Assembly: GCF_003019035.1 (NCBI RefSeq)
Contig: NZ_CP027447.1
Origin: Escherichia coli
GTDB taxonomy: Bacteria; Pseudomonadota; Gammaproteobacteria; Enterobacterales; Enterobacteriaceae
Length of the DNA stretch: 64,000 bases
Strand: one strand, 5' to 3'
How positions within the stretch are numbered: position 1 is the first letter of the stretch; each line of letters begins with the position of its first letter. Below are positions 53,718 through 64,000 of the stretch, one piece after another. A program made the position numbers and the translations under genes. Under the pieces are notes generated by a model. That model was not told the DNA's origin, made no database searches, and saw only the letters and a list, made by a program, of their open reading frames with translations.

Positions 53718-55541
53718 GTGATCGAAAAATTGCGTAATATCGCCATCATCGCGCACGTAGACCATGGTAAAACCACCCTGGTAGACAAGCTGCTCCAACA
53801 ATCCGGTACGTTCGACTCTCGTGCCGAAACCCAAGAGCGCGTGATGGACTCCAACGATTTGGAGAAAGAGCGTGGGATTACCATCCTCGCGAAAAACACC
53901 GCTATCAAATGGAATGATTACCGTATCAACATCGTTGATACCCCGGGGCACGCCGACTTCGGTGGTGAAGTTGAACGTGTAATGTCCATGGTAGACTCAG
54001 TGCTGCTGGTGGTTGACGCATTTGACGGCCCGATGCCGCAAACGCGCTTCGTAACCAAAAAAGCGTTTGCTTACGGCCTGAAGCCGATTGTTGTTATCAA
54101 CAAAGTTGACCGCCCTGGCGCGCGTCCTGATTGGGTTGTGGATCAGGTATTCGATCTGTTCGTTAACCTCGACGCGACCGACGAGCAGCTGGACTTCCCG
54201 ATCGTTTACGCTTCTGCGCTGAATGGTATCGCGGGTCTGGACCACGAAGATATGGCGGAAGACATGACCCCGCTGTATCAGGCGATTGTTGACCACGTTC
54301 CTGCGCCGGACGTTGACCTTGACGGTCCGTTCCAGATGCAGATTTCTCAGCTCGATTACAACAGCTATGTTGGCGTTATCGGCATTGGCCGCATCAAGCG
54401 CGGTAAAGTGAAGCCGAACCAACAGGTTACTATCATCGATAGCGAAGGCAAAACCCGCAACGCGAAAGTCGGTAAAGTGCTGGGCCACCTCGGTCTGGAA
54501 CGTATCGAAACCGATCTGGCGGAAGCTGGCGATATCGTGGCGATCACGGGTCTTGGCGAACTGAACATTTCTGACACCGTTTGCGACACGCAAAACGTTG
54601 AAGCGCTGCCGGCACTCTCCGTTGATGAGCCGACCGTTTCTATGTTCTTCTGCGTTAACACCTCGCCGTTCTGCGGTAAAGAAGGTAAGTTCGTAACGTC
54701 TCGTCAGATCCTGGATCGTCTGAACAAAGAACTGGTACACAACGTTGCGCTGCGCGTAGAAGAAACCGAAGACGCCGATGCGTTCCGCGTTTCTGGTCGT
54801 GGCGAACTGCACCTGTCTGTTCTGATCGAAAACATGCGTCGTGAAGGTTTCGAACTGGCGGTATCCCGTCCGAAAGTTATCTTCCGTGAAATCGACGGTC
54901 GTAAACAAGAGCCGTATGAAAACGTGACTCTGGACGTTGAAGAACAGCATCAGGGTTCTGTGATGCAGGCACTGGGCGAACGTAAAGGCGACCTGAAGAA
55001 CATGAATCCAGACGGTAAAGGCCGCGTACGTCTCGACTACGTGATCCCAAGCCGTGGTCTGATTGGCTTCCGTTCTGAGTTCATGACCATGACCTCTGGT
55101 ACGGGTCTGTTGTACTCCACCTTCAGCCACTATGACGACGTACGTCCGGGTGAAGTGGGTCAGCGTCAGAACGGCGTACTGATCTCTAACGGTCAGGGTA
55201 AAGCGGTAGCGTTCGCGCTGTTCGGTCTGCAGGACCGTGGTAAGCTGTTCCTCGGTCACGGTGCAGAAGTTTACGAAGGTCAGATTATCGGTATTCATAG
55301 CCGCTCTAACGACCTGACTGTAAACTGCCTGACCGGTAAGAAACTGACCAACATGCGTGCTTCCGGTACTGACGAAGCCGTTGTTCTGGTTCCACCTATC
55401 CGCATGACTCTGGAACAAGCTCTGGAGTTCATCGATGATGACGAACTGGTAGAAGTGACTCCGACCTCTATCCGTATTCGTAAACGTCACCTGACGGAAA
55501 ACGATCGTCGTCGCGCCAACCGCGCACCGAAAGACGATTAA
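53718..55541 (+). CDS. typA: Ribosome-associated translational GTPase TypA/BipA
   Basis: 607 aa, GTG start; G-domain AHVDHGKTT and DTPGH motifs. Confidence 0.95.
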   Translation: MIEKLRNIAIIAHVDHGKTTLVDKLLQQSGTFDSRAETQERVMDSNDLEKERGITILAKNTAIKWNDYRINIVDTPGHADFGGEVERVMSMVDSVLLVVDAFDGPMPQTRFVTKKAFAYGLKPIVVINKVDRPGARPDWVVDQVFDLFVNLDATDEQLDFPIVYASALNGIAGLDHEDMAEDMTPLYQAIVDHVPAPDVDLDGPFQMQISQLDYNSYVGVIGIGRIKRGKVKPNQQVTIIDSEGKTRNAKVGKVLGHLGLERIETDLAEAGDIVAITGLGELNISDTVCDTQNVEALPALSVDEPTVSMFFCVNTSPFCGKEGKFVTSRQILDRLNKELVHNVALRVEETEDADAFRVSGRGELHLSVLIENMRREGFELAVSRPKVIFREIDGRKQEPYENVTLDVEEQHQGSVMQALGERKGDLKNMNPDGKGRVRLDYVIPSRGLIGFRSEFMTMTSGTGLLYSTFSHYDDVRPGEVGQRQNGVLISNGQGKAVAFALFGLQDRGKLFLGHGAEVYEGQIIGIHSRSNDLTVNCLTGKKLTNMRASGTDEAVVLVPPIRMTLEQALEFIDDDELVEVTPTSIRIRKRHLTENDRRRANRAPKDD

Positions 55542-55562
55542 TTTCGTTTTTTAGTTATAAAA

Positions 55563-55591
55563 AACCTGCCATCGCTGGCAGGTTTTTTTTT
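55563..55591 (+). terminator. typA rho-independent terminator
   Basis: aacctgccatcgctggcaggtt hairpin followed by a 9-T run. Confidence 0.8.
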
Positions 55592-55757
55592 ACCTGTCGT
55601 GAGCGCACACCAATGCGAGTATCTCCCTTATAAGTCTGTGATTACGTCAATAGAGAGCTTTGTCACAATTATCTGCAAAGTCATACACCGTTAATTGCTT
55701 TCTTTTTTGGCGTAAGCGTAAGATGCTTCATCTGGTTTAAACCAAAAGGATTAAACA

Positions 55758-56468
55758 ATGGCGGAGAATCAATCCACCGTAGAAAATGCAAAAGAGAAAC
55801 TGGATCGGTGGTTGAAAGATGGCATCACCACGCCGGGTGGAAAACTCCCTTCAGAAAGAGAGCTGGGAGAACTGCTGGGCATTAAACGTATGACGCTGCG
55901 CCAGGCGTTGTTGAACCTCGAGGCAGAATCCAAAATCTTCCGTAAGGATCGTAAAGGGTGGTTCGTGACCCAGCCGCGATTTAATTACAGTCCAGAGCTG
56001 TCGGCGAGCTTTCAGCGGGCTGCAATTGAGCAAGGGCGGGAACCTTCCTGGGGGTTTACCGAGAAAAGCCGTACCAGAGATATTCCCGAGACGCTCGTGC
56101 CACTGATTACAGTGACACCATCCACTGAACTCTATCGCATCACCGGCTGGGGAGCGCTGGAAGGACATAAAGTTTTCTATCACGAAACATATATTAATCC
56201 TGAAGTTGCCCCGGGTTTTATTGAACAACTTGAAAACCACTCATTTTCTGCAGTCTGGGAAAAGTGCTACCAAAAAGAGACGGTAGTAAAAAAATTGATT
56301 TTCAAACCCGTCAGAATGCCGGGCGATATCAGCAAGTATCTTGGCGGTTCTGCGGGTATGCCAGCGATCTTAATTGAAAAGCATCGCGCCGACCAGCAGG
56401 GCAATATTGTCCAGATAGATATTGAATATTGGCGATTTGAGGCCGTAGACCTCATCATTAATCTGTAG
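55758..56468 (+). CDS. yihL: GntR/UTRA-family transcriptional regulator YihL
   Basis: 236 aa; HTH region LPSERELGELLGIKRMTLRQAL. Confidence 0.8.
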   Translation: MAENQSTVENAKEKLDRWLKDGITTPGGKLPSERELGELLGIKRMTLRQALLNLEAESKIFRKDRKGWFVTQPRFNYSPELSASFQRAAIEQGREPSWGFTEKSRTRDIPETLVPLITVTPSTELYRITGWGALEGHKVFYHETYINPEVAPGFIEQLENHSFSAVWEKCYQKETVVKKLIFKPVRMPGDISKYLGGSAGMPAILIEKHRADQQGNIVQIDIEYWRFEAVDLIINL

Positions 56469-56475
56469 GTGTTTT

Positions 56476-57456
56476 ATGGTGACAATAAATAACGCAAGAA
56501 AGATTCTACAACGTGTCGACACTCTTCCTCTTTATTTACATGCTTATGCCTTTCATTTAAATATGCGACTGGAAAGAGTGTTGCCTGCTGATTTACTTGA
56601 TATCGCAAGTGAAAATAATCTACGTGGCGTCAAAATCCATGTTCTGGATGGAGAGCGTTTTTCTCTTGGTAATATGGACGATAAAGAACTCTCTGCCTTT
56701 GGGGATAAAGCCCGCCGTCTGAACCTTGATATTCATATTGAAACCAGCGCCTCAGATAAAAAATCTATTGACGAAGCCGTCGCCATCGCGTTGAAAACTG
56801 GGGCATCCTCCGTACGTTTTTATCCGCGTTATGAAGGTAATTTGCGCGATGTATTATCGATTATCGCTAACGACATTGCCTATGTACGAGAAACGTATCA
56901 GGACAGCGGCCTGACTTTTACGATCGAACAGCATGAAGATTTAAAAAGCCATGAGCTGGTGTCGCTGGTCAAAGAAAGTGAGATGGAATCTCTTTCCTTA
57001 CTGTTTGATTTTGCGAACATGATCAATGCAAATGAGCATCCCATCGACGCTTTAAAAACGATGGCACCGCATATTACCCAGGTCCATATCAAAGATGCCT
57101 TGATCGTTAAAGAAGAGGGTGGCCTGGGTCATAAAGCCTGTATTTCAGGTCAGGGTGATATGCCGTTCAAAGCGTTATTAACGCACCTTATCTGCCTGGG
57201 TGATGATGAGCCGCAGGTGACGGCATATGGCCTGGAAGAAGAGGTTGATTACTATGCGCCGGCGTTCCGCTTTGAAGACGAAGATGATAATCCGTGGATC
57301 CCTTATCGCCAGATGAGTGAAACACCATTGCCAGAAAATCATTTACTGGATGCGCGGTTACGTAAAGAAAAAGAAGATGCAATTAATCAGATAAATCATG
57401 TGCGTAACGTACTACAACAAATCAAACAAGAGGCAAACCATCTTCTGAACCACTAA
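56476..57456 (+). CDS. yihM: Sugar phosphate isomerase/epimerase-like (xylose isomerase-like TIM barrel) YihM
   Basis: 326 aa; gene order yihL-yihM-yihN as in E. coli. Confidence 0.8.
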   Translation: MVTINNARKILQRVDTLPLYLHAYAFHLNMRLERVLPADLLDIASENNLRGVKIHVLDGERFSLGNMDDKELSAFGDKARRLNLDIHIETSASDKKSIDEAVAIALKTGASSVRFYPRYEGNLRDVLSIIANDIAYVRETYQDSGLTFTIEQHEDLKSHELVSLVKESEMESLSLLFDFANMINANEHPIDALKTMAPHITQVHIKDALIVKEEGGLGHKACISGQGDMPFKALLTHLICLGDDEPQVTAYGLEEEVDYYAPAFRFEDEDDNPWIPYRQMSETPLPENHLLDARLRKEKEDAINQINHVRNVLQQIKQEANHLLNH

Positions 57457-57557
57457 TAAGTTTTAACTCATACGCTGTTAATAAAACCATTCCATATGAA
57501 TGGTCGGTATCTTATTGCCTTTAAAACAGTGATTTTAAAAATCGCTTAGGGGATGTT

Positions 57558-58823
57558 ATGCTCACGAAAAAGAAATGGGCGTTATTTAGTCTATTAACAC
57601 TGTGTGGCGGTACAATTTATAAATTACCGTCGCTGAAAGATGCGTTTTATATCCCGATGCAGGAATATTTCCATTTGACCAATGGTCAAATTGGTAATGC
57701 TATGTCGGTAAACTCATTTGTCACGACAGTGGGCTTTTTTCTGTCTATTTATTTTGCCGATAAACTACCGCGCAGATACACCATGTCATTCTCACTCATT
57801 GCGACAGGATTACTGGGTGTTTATTTGACGACAATGCCGGGGTATTGGGGCATCCTCTTTGTCTGGGCGCTATTTGGCGTTACTTGCGACATGATGAACT
57901 GGCCGGTCTTGCTCAAGTCGGTAAGTCGATTGGGCAATAGCGAACAACAAGGTCGGTTGTTTGGCTTCTTCGAAACAGGGCGTGGCATTGTCGATACCGT
58001 GGTGGCATTTTCTGCGTTGGCAGTATTTACCTGGTTTGGCAGTGGCTTATTGGGTTTTAAAGCAGGCATCTGGTTCTATTCCCTTATTGTGATTGCCGTA
58101 GGCATTATCATTTTCTTTGTTCTGAATGACAAAGAAGAGGCACCGTCCGTTGAGGTGAAAAAAGAAGACGGAGCATCGAAAAACACCAGTATGACCTCGG
58201 TGCTGAAAGACAAAACTATCTGGCTTATCGCTTTCAACGTCTTCTTCGTTTACGCGGTTTACTGTGGCCTGACATTCTTCATTCCATTCTTGAAAAACAT
58301 CTATCTATTGCCTGTTGCGCTGGTGGGGGCTTACGGCATCATTAACCAATACTGTCTGAAAATGATTGGTGGACCGATTGGTGGCATGATTTCAGATAAG
58401 ATCCTGAAATCGCCGAGTAAATATCTATGCTACACCTTTATCATCAGTACCGCTGCGCTCGTACTGTTGATTATGCTGCCGCACGAAAGTATGCCGGTCT
58501 ATTTAGGGATGGCATGTACGCTGGGCTTTGGCGCGATAGTCTTTACACAGCGAGCCGTATTTTTTGCACCTATCGGCGAAGCAAAAATTGCTGAAAATAA
58601 AACAGGCGCGGCGATGGCGTTGGGTAGCTTTATTGGTTACGCCCCGGCGATGTTCTGCTTCAGTCTGTATGGCTACATTCTGGATTTAAATCCGGGGATT
58701 ATTGGCTACAAAATCGTGTTTGGCATTATGGCCTGCTTCGCATTCTGTGGTGCGGTGGTTTCCGTAATGCTGGTTAAGCGTATTAGCCAACGTAAGAAAG
58801 AGATGCTGGCGGCTGAAGCTTAA
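57558..58823 (+). CDS. yihN: MFS transporter YihN
   Basis: 421 aa; about 12 predicted TM segments. Confidence 0.85.
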   Translation: MLTKKKWALFSLLTLCGGTIYKLPSLKDAFYIPMQEYFHLTNGQIGNAMSVNSFVTTVGFFLSIYFADKLPRRYTMSFSLIATGLLGVYLTTMPGYWGILFVWALFGVTCDMMNWPVLLKSVSRLGNSEQQGRLFGFFETGRGIVDTVVAFSALAVFTWFGSGLLGFKAGIWFYSLIVIAVGIIIFFVLNDKEEAPSVEVKKEDGASKNTSMTSVLKDKTIWLIAFNVFFVYAVYCGLTFFIPFLKNIYLLPVALVGAYGIINQYCLKMIGGPIGGMISDKILKSPSKYLCYTFIISTAALVLLIMLPHESMPVYLGMACTLGFGAIVFTQRAVFFAPIGEAKIAENKTGAAMALGSFIGYAPAMFCFSLYGYILDLNPGIIGYKIVFGIMACFAFCGAVVSVMLVKRISQRKKEMLAAEA

Positions 58824-58827
58824 TTAA

Positions 58828-58907
58828 TGGCCGGATGTGGCTTAATCCGGCCAACGAAAACCGTATCAACCGTAGGCCGGATAAGGCGTTTTCGCCGCAT
58901 CCGGCAG
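58828..58907. repeat. REP elements between yihN and ompL
   Basis: ggccggatgtggcttaatccggcc and gtaggccggataaggcgttttcgccgcatccggca. Confidence 0.5.
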
Positions 58908-58914
58908 TTTTACA

Positions 58915-59607
58915 TCAGAAGAAATACTTCGTCCCGATACGAATCTGGTTTTGCTCGCGGTGGTACGGCTCTACGTTGCGATCTAACCAGCGCAATTCAA
59001 TATAGGGCAACCAGTGCTCATTAATGCGATAACGGAAGGTGTTAGTGATTTCCCAGTGATGCTTCGTACCATTGCTGCTATTGAAATCATTAATGTTATA
59101 AAAATAATGCGGTTCAAAGGTATATGAGAACTTATCGGTAATAATAAAGTTCCAGTAGTTGCCAATCTCGTAGCTGTCATTATTATCCAGATCACCGTTC
59201 AAATCGGTTGAGCTATAGTTATTATGGTTAAAACGATTACGTACCGTCAGGTTAAACCATGGAGTAAATTTGTAGTTAACATCCAGATAAACAGCACCAC
59301 CCGAACCGATACTCTTATCATTAATTAAGCCACCGGGCTGGATGGTTAATTTATCGGTTGGTTTGAATAACGGATACCAACCTTCGATTTCGTTATATCC
59401 ATGTTTGAGTTCATCTTCTCGCTGAAAGGTGTAGGTATTGGTTAACATAATACCCGCGCCCATATCGAAGTTATAACCCACACGTAGCATAACCTCGCCC
59501 TGATCGGAGGCGAGATTATATGCCTCCCTGTTTTCGACGTATGCGCCAGCAAATACCGAGGCAGAGGTCAGAGAGGATAATAGAATTATTGCATTAATCT
59601 TTTTCAT
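58915..59607 (-). CDS. ompL: Outer membrane porin OmpL
   Basis: Start at MKKINAIILLSSLTSASVFA (signal peptide; 230 aa); C-terminal aromatic residue (..TKYFF) typical of beta-barrels. Confidence 0.8.
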   Translation of the reverse strand: MKKINAIILLSSLTSASVFAGAYVENREAYNLASDQGEVMLRVGYNFDMGAGIMLTNTYTFQREDELKHGYNEIEGWYPLFKPTDKLTIQPGGLINDKSIGSGGAVYLDVNYKFTPWFNLTVRNRFNHNNYSSTDLNGDLDNNDSYEIGNYWNFIITDKFSYTFEPHYFYNINDFNSSNGTKHHWEITNTFRYRINEHWLPYIELRWLDRNVEPYHREQNQIRIGTKYFF

Positions 59608-59673
59608 AATAAGTCCATTTTTAAGCGTAGGGAGGCCGCCACCCACCAGGATGGAAATAGCGGCTATTGACAT

Positions 59674-61077
59674 TTATAACGTTACGGAAGCCGTTTTTTC
59701 TTCTGTCGCCATCTCTTTATTTTTGCGTTGGTTAATTTCCTCAATAATCAGTGCAAACCGTTTTTCATTGAGTGTGTAAAAGAATCCCATCGTCAATGCA
59801 GCAATAATTGCCAGTGCACAAGGCCAGATAAAAATGAGCTGACGCAAACCCTGTAATGTCGCATCACTTTGCGCGATGTTGGGAACATAACCTATTTGCG
59901 TCAGCATAATGCCTGGCAAGAAGCCAGCAAGTGCGGCAGAAATTTTACGAAAGAAGGTATAACCGGTATAAACAGAACCTTCGGCACGAATACCGGTTTT
60001 CCATTCACCGTAATCTACGGTATCTGGCACCAGTGCCCAGTTCAGGCTGTTTACAAAGGCCGTGCCAAAAAAGGCGACACAAGAGAACATGACGAAAGTG
60101 AAAGAGTTATTTCCCCAGAAATAATTCAGGATATCACCAACCGCCCACAGCACCATGCCAGCTAAATAAACCTGTTTTTTACCAAAATATTTTACAGTTA
60201 ATGGCACCAGTAATACGCCGACGAGGATGCATCCCATACTGAAGAATCCCATCCACGACAATAAATTAATATCATTTAGCACATACTGGGTGTAATAGAC
60301 CTGAATCGCCAGTTTGATATTAAATGCCGCCAGAGTACACAGGTTAGCAATGCACAATACCAGCAAAGGTGGATTATGAAATATCGCGCAAAATGATTTG
60401 AGAATACTGGCCTTATGTCCGGTTGGCGTGGTGTCCACATAATGCTCTTTGACGCCTCTGTAGCACAGCATCATAAAAATAAAGCCGCCAATGGAGAACA
60501 TCAGTGCCGCACAGGCATAACCGACGGTTGAGTCAGAAAAAAGCGACTGCAACGGAATAAACGCCACGGTACAAATCAATAGCCCTATGGTTGCACCACC
60601 CTGGCGGTAAGCCGCGAGCTGCGCGCGCTCATTGGGGTTTTTGGTAATGGCCGGGATCATCGCACCATACGAGCAGTTCATCAGACTGTATGAAAGTCCA
60701 AACATCATAAACAGTGCGGTGGCAATCGTCGTTTTAACCGGCAAACTAAAGGTGGTGGCGATAAACTGGAGCGTTGCAATTAACGCCGCCGGAACCGCTG
60801 CATATAAAATAAAGGGACGAAATTTGCCTTTAGGCCCAATATTTTTCCGCGAGTCGAGTAAAAATCCGGTGAGCATATCGGTAAATGCGGTAAAAAACTT
60901 CGCCACCAGAAAGATAATCCCGCCATAGTAAGCAGGCATCCCTAATTCATCGGTATAAAATTTGAGGAGATACAGAGTACCGATGCAGAGCATTAAATTC
61001 GAACCGACGTCGCCCATACCATAGGCGATTTTTTCCCGCAGATTCAGTCTTAATGTCAGTGGATTATGGTCAGACAT
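59674..61077 (-). CDS. yihO: GPH-family sugar:cation symporter YihO (putative sulfoquinovose importer)
   Basis: Start at MSDHNPLTLRLNL with RBS AAGGAG (467 aa); paralog of the adjacent yihP. Confidence 0.85.
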   Translation of the reverse strand: MSDHNPLTLRLNLREKIAYGMGDVGSNLMLCIGTLYLLKFYTDELGMPAYYGGIIFLVAKFFTAFTDMLTGFLLDSRKNIGPKGKFRPFILYAAVPAALIATLQFIATTFSLPVKTTIATALFMMFGLSYSLMNCSYGAMIPAITKNPNERAQLAAYRQGGATIGLLICTVAFIPLQSLFSDSTVGYACAALMFSIGGFIFMMLCYRGVKEHYVDTTPTGHKASILKSFCAIFHNPPLLVLCIANLCTLAAFNIKLAIQVYYTQYVLNDINLLSWMGFFSMGCILVGVLLVPLTVKYFGKKQVYLAGMVLWAVGDILNYFWGNNSFTFVMFSCVAFFGTAFVNSLNWALVPDTVDYGEWKTGIRAEGSVYTGYTFFRKISAALAGFLPGIMLTQIGYVPNIAQSDATLQGLRQLIFIWPCALAIIAALTMGFFYTLNEKRFALIIEEINQRKNKEMATEEKTASVTL

Positions 61078-61119
61078 AATCACTCCTTATAACGCCCCGC
61101 AGGGCGTTGTTTATTATAA

Positions 61120-62505
61120 TTACGCCGTGCGTTTACGGGCTTCTATCTCTTCAACAATGCGGACGTACATCTTCTCGTTCAGACTGTAGAAGCAACCCAT
61201 TGCCACGATGGTGACTACTGCCAGTGCGCTTGGGTAGATGAAGATCAGTTGGCGCAACCCTTCGATAGTGTGGTCAGCCTGGGCGACGTTTGGCACATAG
61301 CCGATTTGCGTCAGCATCCAGCCTGGGAAGAAACCTGCCAGCGCCTGAGATACTTTGCGAAAGAAGGTGAAACCGGTGTAGACCGTACCTTCCGAACGCA
61401 CACCGGTGCGCCACTCGCCGTACTCGACGGTGTCGGAAACCAGCGCCCAGTTCAGGCTGTTAACAAACGCCGAACCAAAGAACGCCAGGCAGGAGAAAGC
61501 CACAAAGCTGACCGAGCCGCTGCCGAAGAAATAGTTGAGCAGATCGCCCAGCACCCAGATCAGCAGGCCGCCGATATAGACCTTCTTCTTACCAAAACGT
61601 CTGACCGCACCAGGCATCAGGAACACACCGATGAAAATACAGCCCATGCTGAAAAATCCCATATATGACAACAGGATGGGATCGTTAAGCACGTACTGGG
61701 TGTAATAGACCTGAATGGCGAGCTTGACGTTAAATGCCCCTAAAGTGCAGAGGTTGGCAATGCACAGAATGAACAGCGGGCGGTTACCGGCAATCGCACG
61801 GAAAGATTGCAACAAGCCAGGCTTTTGCGCCGGATTGGTAGGTTGGGTTTCGACATAACGCTCTTTCACGCCCGAGTAGCAGATCCACATAAACAGCAGG
61901 CCGAACAGTGAAAACAGCGTGGCGGCGAAGATATAGCCAAGTTGCTGATTACCTTCGATAAGATTCATAACCGGCACGAATCCCACCGTACACAGCAGCA
62001 GGCCTAATGTAGCGCCACCCTGACGCCATGCTGCCAGCGATGCACGTTCGTTGGGGTTTTTAGTAATAGCGGGGACCATCGCGCCATACGAGCAGTTCAT
62101 CATGCTGAAAAACAGTCCGTAAAGCATAAACAGGATGGTGGCCATCACCGTTTTACCGGTGACATCGAACGGCGTACCGATAAAGTTGGCGATCGCCAGC
62201 AGGGTGACCGGGAATGACGCATACAGAATAAAAGGACGGAACTTGCCTTTTGGGCCGATCTTGCGTCGGGAATCCAGCATGATGCCTGTTCCCATATCGG
62301 TAAACGCAGTAAAGAATTTTGAAATCAAAAAGATAATGCCGCCATAGGTGCCAGGCAGCCCCAGAACGTCGGTATAAAACTTCAACAGATAAAGCGTACC
62401 AATATCCAGCAGGATGTTAGAGGCCAGGTCGCCAATACCGTAAGAGAGTTTCTCTTTAAAGGGCAGGCGTAAAGTTGCTGGATCTTCCGTTGTGATGTGA
62501 CTCAT
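61120..62505 (-). CDS. yihP: GPH-family sugar:cation symporter YihP
   Basis: Start at MSHITTEDPATLRL with RBS GGGAGAA (461 aa); the track ORF has an 11-aa extension. Confidence 0.85.
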   Translation of the reverse strand: MSHITTEDPATLRLPFKEKLSYGIGDLASNILLDIGTLYLLKFYTDVLGLPGTYGGIIFLISKFFTAFTDMGTGIMLDSRRKIGPKGKFRPFILYASFPVTLLAIANFIGTPFDVTGKTVMATILFMLYGLFFSMMNCSYGAMVPAITKNPNERASLAAWRQGGATLGLLLCTVGFVPVMNLIEGNQQLGYIFAATLFSLFGLLFMWICYSGVKERYVETQPTNPAQKPGLLQSFRAIAGNRPLFILCIANLCTLGAFNVKLAIQVYYTQYVLNDPILLSYMGFFSMGCIFIGVFLMPGAVRRFGKKKVYIGGLLIWVLGDLLNYFFGSGSVSFVAFSCLAFFGSAFVNSLNWALVSDTVEYGEWRTGVRSEGTVYTGFTFFRKVSQALAGFFPGWMLTQIGYVPNVAQADHTIEGLRQLIFIYPSALAVVTIVAMGCFYSLNEKMYVRIVEEIEARKRTA

Positions 62506-62550
62506 CGTTGTTCTCCCTTTGCCCGTGAGTTTCCCCACGGGCGGATGTGA

Positions 62551-64000
62551 TTAGATGCTTTTTAACGACGCGAACAGTGCCGCCCATTCGCTATCGGCGC
62601 GATAAAAGACCGGCGGTTTACCGATGGGCGCATTAACGGTAACTTCCCCGCCCCGGAACGCTTCACCCGTCCAGGCATGGACCCAGTTATCCTCCGGCAG
62701 ATAGAGCGTCCAGTCGCTACGGCCTTCTTCATGCACCGGAGCGACCAGAATGTCGCGGCCTAACAGGTACTGATATTTCAGGGTGTAGGTCTGCGCGTCG
62801 TCTTCGTAATGCAGGAACAGCGGGCGCATAACCGGCAGGCCGGACTTCGCATTCAGCGCGACGGCCTCTTTCAGGTAAGGTTTCAGGGTGGTGAAGACGG
62901 TGGTCATACGGGCAAAATGGGCGATAGTTTCCGCGTCGCTATCAAACTGCCAGTTGTCGCCAGGACGGTTACCTTCGTGGGTGCGCATCATCGGCGTGAA
63001 GGCGCTGAAATCGCACCAGCGCAGCAGCAGCTCTTTGCTGCGCTTCATCTCAAACAGGGTGGTATAACCGCCAATGTCACTGTGATGCAGGCCATGTCCG
63101 GTCATTGCCAGCGACAGCGCCGCCGGAACAACCGACGCCAGGCCATCGTCCAGACTCCAGTCCACGTTCTGGTCGCCCGCCCACATCATGGTGGAATATT
63201 TCTGGCTACCAGTAGAACCGGCGCGCATAAAGAAGAGGAGCTCGCCGAGCTTGCCTGTTTCTTCAAGGGCTTCGTAGTTACACTTCGCCCACAGTGCGGG
63301 CCAGGCGTTATGCATTATTTCGGCACTGACGCCGTTGTGCAGATACGTATCGGTCGGCAAGTATTCGCCAAAATCTGCCATCCAGCCGCCGCAGCCCAAT
63401 TCGATCATGTTTTTCTTGATGACTTCTTTGAACCAGGAATAGGCTTCAGGATTGGTCAAATCGACAACGCCGCCATAAAACTCACCAAACTCCACCAGAT
63501 AGTCACCGCCAGAGGCATCTTTTGCCAGATAGCCGTGTGAAGCCGCCTCGGCGCAGAGGTCCTTATCGCTGGCAACATACGGGTTGATGTAGGCGAGGAA
63601 CTGCACGCCTTCTTTGTTCCACTGTTTAATACGCGAATCCAGTTGCGGATAGTTTTCGCTGTTCCACTTCCAGTTCCACATCACACGTTTACCAAACGAG
63701 GTCATACGGATCCCGGACCAGTCCTGCGCCCAGATGCCGTTGACCTTCACGCCTGCGTTACGCATGGTGTCCAGTTTCTTCTGGCACACTTCAGTCCCGC
63801 CCTGAATGCCGAGCGTTACCCCGTCATAAATCCAGTCGGGCAGTTCTGGCTGGCGTCCCAGCAGGGCAGTTAATTTTTCCAGCAGGGAGATGTATGTATC
63901 AGCACATTCAAAACGCAGCGTTGCTTTGTCTTCCCACAGCGCCAGTTCATGGTATTCCGGGGCGCTAAAGTCGAAGTTCATGTAGCAACTGTTATCAACA
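62551..64000 (-). CDS. yihQ: Sulfoquinovosidase YihQ (glycoside hydrolase family 31), partial; N-terminus lies beyond the window end
   Basis: The track ORF (476 aa) is the C-terminal part; the reading frame continues open to position 64000; GH31-like region (WxDF/GEY motifs). Confidence 0.85.
   Translation of the reverse strand, partial: VDNSCYMNFDFSAPEYHELALWEDKATLRFECADTYISLLEKLTALLGRQPELPDWIYDGVTLGIQGGTEVCQKKLDTMRNAGVKVNGIWAQDWSGIRMTSFGKRVMWNWKWNSENYPQLDSRIKQWNKEGVQFLAYINPYVASDKDLCAEAASHGYLAKDASGGDYLVEFGEFYGGVVDLTNPEAYSWFKEVIKKNMIELGCGGWMADFGEYLPTDTYLHNGVSAEIMHNAWPALWAKCNYEALEETGKLGELLFFMRAGSTGSQKYSTMMWAGDQNVDWSLDDGLASVVPAALSLAMTGHGLHHSDIGGYTTLFEMKRSKELLLRWCDFSAFTPMMRTHEGNRPGDNWQFDSDAETIAHFARMTTVFTTLKPYLKEAVALNAKSGLPVMRPLFLHYEDDAQTYTLKYQYLLGRDILVAPVHEEGRSDWTLYLPEDNWVHAWTGEAFRGGEVTVNAPIGKPPVFYRADSEWAALFASLKSI

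Overview
This window reads as an Escherichia coli chromosomal segment that is almost entirely conserved core genome, and I do not see a clearly novel system in it. No database search was possible; gene identities rest on recognising the translated proteins and RNA sequences from memory, and coordinates of non-CDS features are hand-counted (expect 1-3 nt error). The backbone order is ysgA, udp, rmuC, ubiE-ubiJ-ubiB, tatABCD, rfaH, ubiD, fre, fadBA, pepQ, yigZ, trkH, hemG, a complete rRNA operon (16S, tRNA-Ile, tRNA-Ala, 23S, 5S; the rrnA position), mobBA, yihD, srkA, dsbA, yihF, yihG, polA, Spot 42, engB, CsrC, yihI, hemN, glnGL-glnA, typA, yihLMN, ompL, yihOP and the 3-prime part of yihQ. Three segments do not fit the K-12 order as I remember it: (1) at the left edge, a minus-strand operon of an isochorismatase-family hydrolase, a DUF2877-like protein, an FdrA-like protein and a DUF1116-like protein; (2) between udp and rmuC, a 5.5 kb minus-strand operon of an IclR regulator, DgoK-like kinase, DgoA-like aldolase and a TctCBA tripartite tricarboxylate-type transporter; (3) between hemN and glnG, a complete 1279-bp IS110-family element matching IS621, inserted in a REP element with a 2-bp CT core on both sides. 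The two metabolic islets are the best candidates for poorly characterised biology, but both are hypotheses from domain composition. No CRISPR array, toxin-antitoxin pair or recognisable defence system was seen.
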